64,000 nucleotides of DNA from Euryarchaeota archaeon UBA171 (lineage in GTDB: Archaea; Thermoplasmatota; Poseidoniia; Poseidoniales; Thalassarchaeaceae): assembly GCA_002497295.1 (NCBI GenBank), contig DANO01000018.1, positions 11,909-75,908 on the forward strand, given 5' to 3'. Both the position numbers and the translations under genes were made by a program. Shown here in pieces: positions 36,557 through 44,237 of the stretch (positions are counted from its first letter, which is position 1; the number at the start of each line of letters is the position of its first letter). The notes under the pieces are model-generated. The model had not been told where the DNA came from, did no database searches, and saw only the letters and a list, made by a program, of their open reading frames with translations.

Positions 36557-37614
36557 TGGCACAGGAGTTCTGTATCGTCTGCGGGGCCCCTCCGCCAGTA
36601 TACGCTGGCCGACTTTGCGAGTCTTGCCTCCGAGATAGAACGCATCTATCCAAGATACCCGAACGTCTGCAGCAAGCGAGATGCTCGAAGTGCAGACTTC
36701 ACAACGTGGGGAAGAGTTGGAGCGATAATGACGATCTATCGATAGCAGAAATTAGGGTTCAGGACCATCTTGAGATTCTAGCTGAAGCAAAGGACGTTGA
36801 TGTCGGCCTCACCGTCGAGACAATTGACGATAGAACCTCCAGGATATCCATAGATGTCAGCGCAATGGTGCACGGCCTGTCATTCGATGACCAGCATACC
36901 GTCCTACTTCAGACAAGCGATACAATCTGTCAGACCTGCTCAAGAAAAGACGGTGCCTACTTCGAGGCAGAGTTCCAGATAAGGTCCGCGGGAAGGAGAC
37001 TGTCCAAGGATGAAATAGGCGTCATCCGAAATACGCTGAATGAGATGCTGGGAGAAGGAACCAATGACCCTCTTTTCTTCATTACGAAAGAGGGCCCTGT
37101 TCAAGGGGGATGGGATCTTCAGCTGGGCTCTAAATCAATGGCAAGAATGTGGGCGAGGAGACTAGCGAGCCGTTTTGGAGGCACCATTAAGGAAACTTCT
37201 ACTGTAATCGGCGTCAAAGATGGTGCAGAGGTAACACGTCTCACTGTTTCCTACAGGAAGCCCGCTTTCTCCATAGGAGACGTCCTCAGGCTAAAGGACA
37301 AACTCTGGATCGTCACCTCTTGGCAGAAAGATGGGCCCATCCTAGGTTCATTTTCCTCTAATCAAAGAAGCGGAAAGACGTGGAGGGACATGGAAAAATC
37401 ATCTGTGGTATGCTCAACTAGCGATCAGATACCCGTTCAGATACTCGATCGCGACGCATCCGCAGCAGAAGTCCTGATACCAGGCGATTGGAAGATGGCC
37501 ACCGTCGCCCTCCCGTTCGACTACGATGGAGAAAAGTCGATCCGTATTGGATTGATAGACCATCAATGGCTGGCAATCCCATATGCAGCGGGAGGAGGGC
37601 TCGGAGATGTCTGA
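36556..37614 (+). CDS. NMD3 family protein (archaeal large-subunit ribosome biogenesis factor homologue)
   Basis: N-terminal double zinc-ribbon pattern FCIVCGAPP...LCESCL...ARCSKCRLHNVGKSW plus a third CQTCS pair. The 352-aa length fits COG1499-type archaeal NMD3. Confidence 0.6.
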   Translation: MAQEFCIVCGAPPPVYAGRLCESCLRDRTHLSKIPERLQQARCSKCRLHNVGKSWSDNDDLSIAEIRVQDHLEILAEAKDVDVGLTVETIDDRTSRISIDVSAMVHGLSFDDQHTVLLQTSDTICQTCSRKDGAYFEAEFQIRSAGRRLSKDEIGVIRNTLNEMLGEGTNDPLFFITKEGPVQGGWDLQLGSKSMARMWARRLASRFGGTIKETSTVIGVKDGAEVTRLTVSYRKPAFSIGDVLRLKDKLWIVTSWQKDGPILGSFSSNQRSGKTWRDMEKSSVVCSTSDQIPVQILDRDASAAEVLIPGDWKMATVALPFDYDGEKSIRIGLIDHQWLAIPYAAGGGLGDV

Positions 37615-38644
37615 CCCGATTGAACTTCTAGCGCAGCATGACAAGCAGGACATGGCGGGGTTCACCCGTGGTTTCGTAGACGATCTGGAAAACGCCTTTC
37701 AGAAGGATATCGGAATTATTGGCGATGATGACTGGGTCGGTGTCCTGTGTATCGGAATGGGCGGCTCAGGTGCGGGCGGGACGTTTCTAACATCCATCGC
37801 AGATAGGCAGGCAGGGCTTCCCGTACTCCATTGGAGGGACTACGGACTCCCATCTTGGTGGGGACCGGAATGGCTCATCATCGCAACCTCATATTCTGGG
37901 AATACAGAGGAGACCTTGGGTGGAGTATCAAAGGCCCTGGAAGAGGGAGGCAGCGTCATCGGAATATCCTCCGGGGGCAAACTGGAGGAGCTACTTTCAG
38001 ACAGAGAGGATGCAGTGCACATCGCAGTTCCCAGCGGCCAGATGCCGAGATCGGCCTTTGGCCATCTCATCGGCACCCAACTCTCCTTACTCTGGTCTAT
38101 GGGGCTCCTCCCGGCTCCGAAGGACGAAGATATCGGTGACATGATCGGCAGATTGAGACAACTCTCTTCGGATTGGGACCCATCGACAGGATCAACACTG
38201 GCATATGAGATTGCTAAATCGATTGGCGAGAACGGCATCGGCATAGTGTCTCCGAGCATAATAGGGTGCGCTGCTCGTAGATTTGTAAGCCAACTGAATG
38301 AGAATTCAAGTCTATTCGCCCGCTCCTCAGAGGTACCTGAGATGAACCACAATGAGATAATTCCGTGGACAGAGCGAGCATCGGAGAACCAAGCGCTAGT
38401 AATAATCCATTCCAGCCTCTCAAAAGATAGAACCTCATCGAGAATGAAGTGGTTCGAGGAGCACTCTGGCGACACAGCAAGAGTGATTCTGAATGCCACG
38501 GGAGAAACTCTTGTCGAGCAGTTGCTCGGCCTAGCGCACATCACTGATTGGATCAGCATAATGCTGGCGGTTTCTCGCGGCGTAGACCCGTCCGAGATGG
38601 CTGCTATTCCCTTGCTCAAGGCACATCTTGAAGAGATTCAGTAA
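37607..38644 (+). CDS. Bifunctional phosphoglucose/phosphomannose isomerase (SIS domain)
   Basis: GMGGSGAGG and SYSGNTEETL SIS motifs. The C-terminal PGI/PMI-type domain has NHNEIIPW. Start ATG 37607 (MSDPIELL) overlaps the NMD3 stop by 8 nt; the ORF track start is 37583. Confidence 0.75.
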   Translation: MSDPIELLAQHDKQDMAGFTRGFVDDLENAFQKDIGIIGDDDWVGVLCIGMGGSGAGGTFLTSIADRQAGLPVLHWRDYGLPSWWGPEWLIIATSYSGNTEETLGGVSKALEEGGSVIGISSGGKLEELLSDREDAVHIAVPSGQMPRSAFGHLIGTQLSLLWSMGLLPAPKDEDIGDMIGRLRQLSSDWDPSTGSTLAYEIAKSIGENGIGIVSPSIIGCAARRFVSQLNENSSLFARSSEVPEMNHNEIIPWTERASENQALVIIHSSLSKDRTSSRMKWFEEHSGDTARVILNATGETLVEQLLGLAHITDWISIMLAVSRGVDPSEMAAIPLLKAHLEEIQ

Positions 38645-39249
38645 ATCGGCCCCATCACCATTCTCGGGTCAGGATATTTGGCAAGCGCCTCTTCTCTGTG
38701 CGCAGGATCGACTACCCCTGGCATGTCATGGGTTCCAGGATCGGACCACGACAGCTGAAAGTGGACATGAGGGTCCCAGCCGCCATTCTCATGTTTATCG
38801 CCCATCCAGCAAATCACCTCGCCTCTCGATATCTTTTGCCCTACTTCTTTGCCAGCAATCGAATCTGAATTCAGATGCCCGTAAAGAGCCCATATAGGAC
38901 GGTCCCCGATGAAATGTTTGGTGATCAATACATTCCCATAATCTCCATCAGCTGGATTGTATCCAAAGTACGATACCACCCCTTGTTCAAATGCCATGCA
39001 AGGAGTCCCTACCGGACCTCCGATATCTATGCCAATGTGTAGGAATCTGCCATCAGAGAAGAGATCTGTAGAATACATGCCGGGCCGCAACTCGTCATAT
39101 CTGCCAATGTCAAATTCGAATTCAGAGGGCGCATATTCGCCTGTCGTAAAATCTCTTACTTCGTACTCTTCTGGGAGATTCACTATTGGATGATAATCGC
39201 CATGAAAAATATCAACCATGTATTCTCTGAGTGTGTCAATCTTCATCAA
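38638..39249 (-). CDS. M23 (LytM-type) metallopeptidase family protein, no signal peptide
   Basis: HIGIDIGGPVGTPCMAFEQGVV (HxxxD), YGHL, and GWDPHVHFQL (HxH). 203 aa with no N-terminal hydrophobic segment. Confidence 0.7.
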   Translation of the reverse strand: MMKIDTLREYMVDIFHGDYHPIVNLPEEYEVRDFTTGEYAPSEFEFDIGRYDELRPGMYSTDLFSDGRFLHIGIDIGGPVGTPCMAFEQGVVSYFGYNPADGDYGNVLITKHFIGDRPIWALYGHLNSDSIAGKEVGQKISRGEVICWMGDKHENGGWDPHVHFQLSWSDPGTHDMPGVVDPAHREEALAKYPDPRMVMGPIY

Positions 39250-40438
39250 CTATGGCATACGGTTGGGATTCTATTTCCTTTGGCTCTGGAAGTTTCCCTA
39301 AAGTTTCTGAAACTTTCAGTTGATCTAATTTCCTCGCTTGAGGAAGAACCCTAGATTCATACGAGCGCATTGTTTCATTGTACTTCTTTGTAGCATGATC
39401 CAAGTGAGTTCCCATTTTCATCATATGAGATATCATTGTTTCAACTCGATTATACATCTCCTCGGTAACCTCGTAAATTGTAGAAGCGGACTGACTGAAT
39501 TCATATTGTTTCCAGTAGAGGGCCACAGTCCGCAACAGTCCCAGCATGGTCACGGGAGTAGCAATCAATACTTTCTTACTCATTGCGTAATCCATGAGAT
39601 TCGGATTAGTAGTGAAGGCTGAAGCAGCCATTGCCTCGCTAGGGATGAACATTATCACATGGTCGAAATCTCCCTCGATGGAATCCTGATAGGACTTAGC
39701 ACTCAGTCTTGTTATTGTCTTCTTCATGGCTTCAGAATGTTCGTCAAGAAGTCTATTCTGCTCATCTCCGGGCCCCAATTCGACTGCTGAGAGGTAATGA
39801 TGACCAATTGCTTTAGAATCGATTGGAATCACACCATCTTTCGGCAACCTAACGATATAATCGGGCCTCCCGGATTCTACTTTCTCTTGTTCAAAGAAGT
39901 CGACATGTTCAGTCATTCCTGCCATTTCAAATATCCTCCGAAGCTTAACTTCCCCCCATTTACCTCTTTCATTCGGTGAGGTGGTTAGGGTCGTAGCCAA
40001 TGCAGTAGTCCGGAAACTAAGGTTCTCTGCCTTGTCTCCCAGATCTTTTAGCTGCCTCTTTATCGCCTCGTAAGCCCCCTTGCGTTCTGTCTCAATTTTT
40101 TGATTAGATTGAGATAATTTTTCCATTTCATCCCTAAGAGGCCTGATTAAATTTTCAACTTCGACTTTTCTTTTATCGATACCCTTCTCGGCCTCGGAAT
40201 TGACTTTTCCAAGCCTTTCCTCCGCAAGTCTAAGGAAGTCCTCATTTTGCTTTCTTCCGATATCAGCGGCGATATTCTCCATTTGAATTTTCAAGGTTGA
40301 CTCAGAAGCAGATTGAGCCTTCATCCGCTCCTCGGTACGAATCATGTCTCCTCTCATCCTTTGCATCGCTAAGAGCCAACCTATTGCCAAACCAGACAAC
40401 AATCCAATCAGGAGTATAGCTACTGTCGGAATATCCAC
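39236..40438 (-). CDS. rmuC: DNA recombination protein RmuC
   Basis: N-terminal TM helix, long coiled coil, and C-terminal nuclease-like domain with PDYIVRLP...IPIDSK...VIMFIPSEAM and LIATPVTMLGLLRTVALYWKQ. GTG start. Confidence 0.85.
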   Translation of the reverse strand: MDIPTVAILLIGLLSGLAIGWLLAMQRMRGDMIRTEERMKAQSASESTLKIQMENIAADIGRKQNEDFLRLAEERLGKVNSEAEKGIDKRKVEVENLIRPLRDEMEKLSQSNQKIETERKGAYEAIKRQLKDLGDKAENLSFRTTALATTLTTSPNERGKWGEVKLRRIFEMAGMTEHVDFFEQEKVESGRPDYIVRLPKDGVIPIDSKAIGHHYLSAVELGPGDEQNRLLDEHSEAMKKTITRLSAKSYQDSIEGDFDHVIMFIPSEAMAASAFTTNPNLMDYAMSKKVLIATPVTMLGLLRTVALYWKQYEFSQSASTIYEVTEEMYNRVETMISHMMKMGTHLDHATKKYNETMRSYESRVLPQARKLDQLKVSETLGKLPEPKEIESQPYAIVDED

Positions 40439-40549
40439 AAAGCACGACTAACATTGAGAGTAGATAAAGACATAGATGATGTCCATACTAAGGGAAGATA
40501 AGAATTAGAGAACCGTTTGCCGACTGTTGTGCGAACAAAGCATCTTGCG

Positions 40550-41161
40550 ATGAGAATCTCGAAATTAGATGATTTCACCTCGCCAATGATCGAACTTGAA
40601 CAGTATACTACCAAGGGAAACTTAGCAGCCAGATGGATACGCCTCGCGAAGGATATGGGAGACATTCCAATGGGCTGCACAGTAGCAGATCTAGGATGTG
40701 GTACGGGTGTATTGGGGCTTGGCGCGTTGTTTTGCGGCGCTTCGAATGCAATTATGATCGATATCGATCAATCTGCGTTAGACATAGTGTACAATAATGC
40801 AGGCAGCGAAGGATTCTCCAAGAATATCGAAATTATCTGCTCTGATGTTGCTGCAGTGACTCTTGAGCATACGGATCTCATACTCTGCAACCCCCCGTGG
40901 GGAACACAAAAGATGGGTGCCGATGCACCATTCTTGGAAGCCATCAGAAATGCTGGTGTGCCAGCATACATGCTCCATTCCAGTGATGCTAAGCATGTAG
41001 CGGCAAGATTTGATTCATGGGGCTGGCACGTCCATGAGGTATTCAGTGCGCAATTCGATCTGGGTTCTTCACACACCCATCATACAAGGAGACGAGTGAT
41101 GACCCAAGCCACTCTCTGGAGGCTCCTACCACCGGATGCAACATCGCCGGACCGTTCATAG
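40550..41161 (+). CDS. METTL5/COG2263-like class I SAM-dependent (N6-adenine type) RNA methyltransferase
   Basis: LEQYTT at the N terminus, SAM-binding VADLGCGTGVLGLGA, and catalytic NPPWG in LCNPPWGTQ. ATG 40550 is preferred over the TTG at 40517. Confidence 0.65.
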   Translation: MRISKLDDFTSPMIELEQYTTKGNLAARWIRLAKDMGDIPMGCTVADLGCGTGVLGLGALFCGASNAIMIDIDQSALDIVYNNAGSEGFSKNIEIICSDVAAVTLEHTDLILCNPPWGTQKMGADAPFLEAIRNAGVPAYMLHSSDAKHVAARFDSWGWHVHEVFSAQFDLGSSHTHHTRRRVMTQATLWRLLPPDATSPDRS

Positions 41162-41172
41162 GCGACTCTCAG

Positions 41173-42417
41173 GTGGCATACCTCATGGGAACCTCATCTG
41201 ACGTTGTCAGCCCGGGGCAGCTCACCGACATAACCCCTGATTCTGAGTTGGGGCCAGGGTTGTCTGCAACCGATAGAGGAGTGGTGGCTCTGGTCACAGG
41301 AACCCTTCATCAGGAAGATGGGACATGGTCCGTGAAGGAATCGAATCTCGGAGTCAACAATCTGGAAGTCGGTGATGATTTCATCGGAGAGGTACACGGA
41401 TTGCAGCCGAAAGTCGCAATAATCAGGATAATCAGCGTCGAGAAACCCGGCATGGAAGCCAAGTCCCTTCCTGCAAAGGAACTCTTTGCCGACATAACCG
41501 TCACAGAACTATGCGACCGATTCATGCCTTCGGCCGGCGATGCAATGAGGAGACGAGACATAGTCCGCGCCCGTGTCACGTCTACGGACCCCATGATACG
41601 CGCAACGACCAAGTCCGCACATACGTTAGGAGTCCTCCATGCGATTTGCACGGCTTGCGGGGAACCGCTACACGCCAGTGATTCAAAACCCGATTTCAAT
41701 GTGGCCTGCAATCGATGTGACTACACAGGCTACAGAGTACTATCATCCGACTTCAACAGGCTCAACGGCATGGACTCTTCAGAGTTGAATCGAGAGGGCA
41801 CCAGATGGTCATCCGAGGCTGATGGGATGCTCGGTCACGATGGTGCCCGCCCCTATCTCTCCCCAGTTGCAGACCATCGAAGGGGATGGTCGCATGAGAT
41901 GCCGAGAGAGGCCGCTAGATCGAGGTCGAGACAAGGCCGAGACCGTCCAAGGAGGGAGATGCATGATGCGAAATGCACTCTCTGCGGCAAAGACACCAAG
42001 GTTCCATTCAAACCAACTATGGGTAAGCCGATTCGTTGCAGCGATTGTCTTGAAGCTGTTAAGCAGGGGGATGCAGATGAGGAGAAACTCGCAGCAGAGA
42101 GAAAGCTGCTGATATCTCTCAGAAAAGAGGCTGAAGCAAACGCTCCCCTGAGGCTATTCGTGGGGAGGCTATCCAGAGATGCCACTGAGGCAGATATCAA
42201 GAAAGCATTCGGAGAGCATGGCGAAGTCGTCGACTTCCATATGCCAGTTGACAGGGATACAGGCAACCCCCGGGGATTCGCATTTGTCACACTGTCTCCG
42301 AAATCCGCTGGAGAAGCTGCCATTAAAGCCCTAAACGGTGCAGAGTTAGCAGGAAGAAAGATCGTTGTAGAGGCCAGTCAGAGAGAAGGCGGGGATCGTC
42401 GTCGAAAGCGGCGATGA
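41173..42417 (+). CDS. csl4: Exosome cap subunit Csl4 fused to a CxxC-x17-CxxC zinc ribbon and a C-terminal RRM domain
   Basis: Residues 1-195 follow the archaeal Csl4 layout: SPGQ N-domain, S1 barrel (VGDDFIGEVHGL ... RRRDIVRARV), and Zn ribbon (CTACGEPL...CNRCDY). Then come an R-rich linker, CTLCGKDTKVPFKPTMGKPIRCSDC, and an RRM with RNP-2 LFVGRL and RNP-1 RGFAFVTL, ending in an RRRKRR tail. It is one uninterrupted 414-codon frame. Confidence 0.75.
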   Translation: MAYLMGTSSDVVSPGQLTDITPDSELGPGLSATDRGVVALVTGTLHQEDGTWSVKESNLGVNNLEVGDDFIGEVHGLQPKVAIIRIISVEKPGMEAKSLPAKELFADITVTELCDRFMPSAGDAMRRRDIVRARVTSTDPMIRATTKSAHTLGVLHAICTACGEPLHASDSKPDFNVACNRCDYTGYRVLSSDFNRLNGMDSSELNREGTRWSSEADGMLGHDGARPYLSPVADHRRGWSHEMPREAARSRSRQGRDRPRREMHDAKCTLCGKDTKVPFKPTMGKPIRCSDCLEAVKQGDADEEKLAAERKLLISLRKEAEANAPLRLFVGRLSRDATEADIKKAFGEHGEVVDFHMPVDRDTGNPRGFAFVTLSPKSAGEAAIKALNGAELAGRKIVVEASQREGGDRRRKRR

Positions 42418-44237
42418 CTGCGAAGCATCAAGCACGAACCCCTTCTCGAAAGTATATGGCCGGTGCTTGGCTGGTCTTGGATGGTTACGAGGACGAACCT
42501 GCTGCGTTCGGGGTCCCGAATTACATCGGCTTTCACGCCAGATACATTTGCGGCGTCTTCGAGGAGAGAGGAATAGACTACAGATATTCCACGATTGATG
42601 ATTTGAGGCTTAGAAGGCGAGCATCACATCGCACGGGTGAAGATTCACTGATGCCGGATGCCGAAGATATAGAGGGAGTAGTCATTCTAGCAGGCGCTGT
42701 AGTGCCTGGGAAATATATCAGGGGGACCCCAATCAGCCGTAAAGAGGTAGACTCCATACTGCCTTCAATCCCATCTGGATGTCCGATTCTGATTGGAGGG
42801 TGGGCCGTGCGGATATGGCGCCAGGATGGGTGGACGCCCTTGAGGAAGAACCTCTTCCTTTCCCTGCAGGATACCGATGCTACCCTAGAGAGTTTCCTTG
42901 CAACAGGGAAGTGGTCTCATCGCAGAAGGACGTCAGAGCAATGGTCAAGATGGGCATTTAGGGGAGCATCTTCCAGAGCGGTGACCGATCATCCAGACAT
43001 CATCTCCCCAAATGGGAGTCCTGGGCCACTCACCTACGAGGTTGAATTGTACCAAGGCTGTGTGAGGTACAAGAGGGGGTGCAAGTTCTGCATAGAGCCC
43101 AAGAAAGGGGTGCCTCTCTGGAGAGATGAGGAGGACGTCATAGCAGAGGTAGAATCTGCGACTGATGCAGGCATACGGAATATTAGGATTGGAGGGGCCA
43201 CAGATGTGTATACCTACAAGGCTGAAGGAGTGATAGATCTTGAGTACCCCATTCCAAACCCTGAGCCCATTGCGAAGGTTCTGCATGAGATACGTGATGA
43301 TGAGCGAATCGAGGTGCTTCATGTCGATAATGCAAATCCTTCGATTATAGCCGAGAATCTGGAACCATCTGAGCAGATAACGAAGACACTGGTCAATACG
43401 CTTACAGACGGGGCTGTCCTTTCCTTTGGTTTGGAGTCTGCCGACCCAGCGGTGCATGATGCAAACTGGCTGAACTGCAATACTGAACAGCTTATGACTG
43501 CAATCAGGCATGTGAATGAACATGGCCGAGAACGTGGTCCAAGAGGCCTACCGAAGATGCTCCCCGGATTGAATTTAATCGCCGGTCTGAATGGCGAGAC
43601 GGAAGCCACCTATCAGATGAATCTCAAATTGCTCAGATCAATTCTTCAAGAGGGTCTAATGCTTCGGAGAATCAACATAAGACAGGTAGAGGGGGCTGGC
43701 TTTCAAGAAGTCCCGAAGAAGGCATTTTCCGCATTCAAGAAAGAAGTCAGAGCCACAATCGACACCCCCATGCTTGAACGACTCCTTCCAGTCGGAACAA
43801 TTCTGAGGAACGTTTGGTGGGAATCCAGCGGAGATAGAATAAGGCTGCCTGAGCAGGTGGAGAACCCCTCTTACAGGGATGCATCAAGACACGGGCGACC
43901 AGGGATAACCTTCGGAAGACAGATCGGCGCTTATCCAATTCTCGTGGGCGTCCCCTACCAGATCCCTCTAGAGACGATGTCCGATGTCCTAGTGACAGGC
44001 CATGGATCTAGAAGTGTCTCTGGAGTTGAATTGGGCCTGAACACGATGAAGGCAACAGAGGCCCAATTCAACTCCATACCCGGCATCGGAAATAAGACTG
44101 CGTGGGCATTGGTTTCCACACGGGCAAAATCATTGTCCAAGAATAGGCCCATTCGTAGTACAGAGCACCTATTCAGCGAAGCAGGGGCCCATCTCCCAGA
44201 TTATGCCCGGGAGATACTCGAGCACCCTACTGGATAG
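42414..44237 (+). CDS. Radical SAM-like Fe-S protein with C-terminal helix-hairpin-helix (COG1031-like)
   Basis: Cys cluster GCVRYKRGCKFC, TIM-barrel-like middle, and C-terminal HhH FNSIPGIGNKTAWALV. 4-nt overlap with the csl4-RRM gene. Family assignment is from memory. Confidence 0.6.
   Translation: MTAKHQARTPSRKYMAGAWLVLDGYEDEPAAFGVPNYIGFHARYICGVFEERGIDYRYSTIDDLRLRRRASHRTGEDSLMPDAEDIEGVVILAGAVVPGKYIRGTPISRKEVDSILPSIPSGCPILIGGWAVRIWRQDGWTPLRKNLFLSLQDTDATLESFLATGKWSHRRRTSEQWSRWAFRGASSRAVTDHPDIISPNGSPGPLTYEVELYQGCVRYKRGCKFCIEPKKGVPLWRDEEDVIAEVESATDAGIRNIRIGGATDVYTYKAEGVIDLEYPIPNPEPIAKVLHEIRDDERIEVLHVDNANPSIIAENLEPSEQITKTLVNTLTDGAVLSFGLESADPAVHDANWLNCNTEQLMTAIRHVNEHGRERGPRGLPKMLPGLNLIAGLNGETEATYQMNLKLLRSILQEGLMLRRINIRQVEGAGFQEVPKKAFSAFKKEVRATIDTPMLERLLPVGTILRNVWWESSGDRIRLPEQVENPSYRDASRHGRPGITFGRQIGAYPILVGVPYQIPLETMSDVLVTGHGSRSVSGVELGLNTMKATEAQFNSIPGIGNKTAWALVSTRAKSLSKNRPIRSTEHLFSEAGAHLPDYAREILEHPTG

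Noticed and set aside
37840-38619. 259-aa minus-strand ORF inside the PGI/PMI gene (plus smaller + frame ORFs at 37831 and 37920)
   Set aside because: It is antisense or out of frame to a gene with clear SIS motifs. It has no recognisable domain, and nothing supports it other than length.
38638-40438. RmuC-M23 pair as an antiviral defence system
   Set aside because: There are no neighbouring defence hallmarks such as restriction-modification, Cas, toxin-antitoxin, ATPase/nuclease pairs or integrases. rmuC is a common housekeeping-type gene, so I kept it only as an unexplained gene pairing.
42945-43523. 192-aa minus-strand ORF inside the radical-SAM/HhH gene, and similar antisense ORFs at 41310-41711, 41853-42323 and 46109-46570
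   Set aside because: All are nested antisense within long, motif-bearing or strongly hydrophobic + or - strand genes. None has its own start context or any domain evidence.
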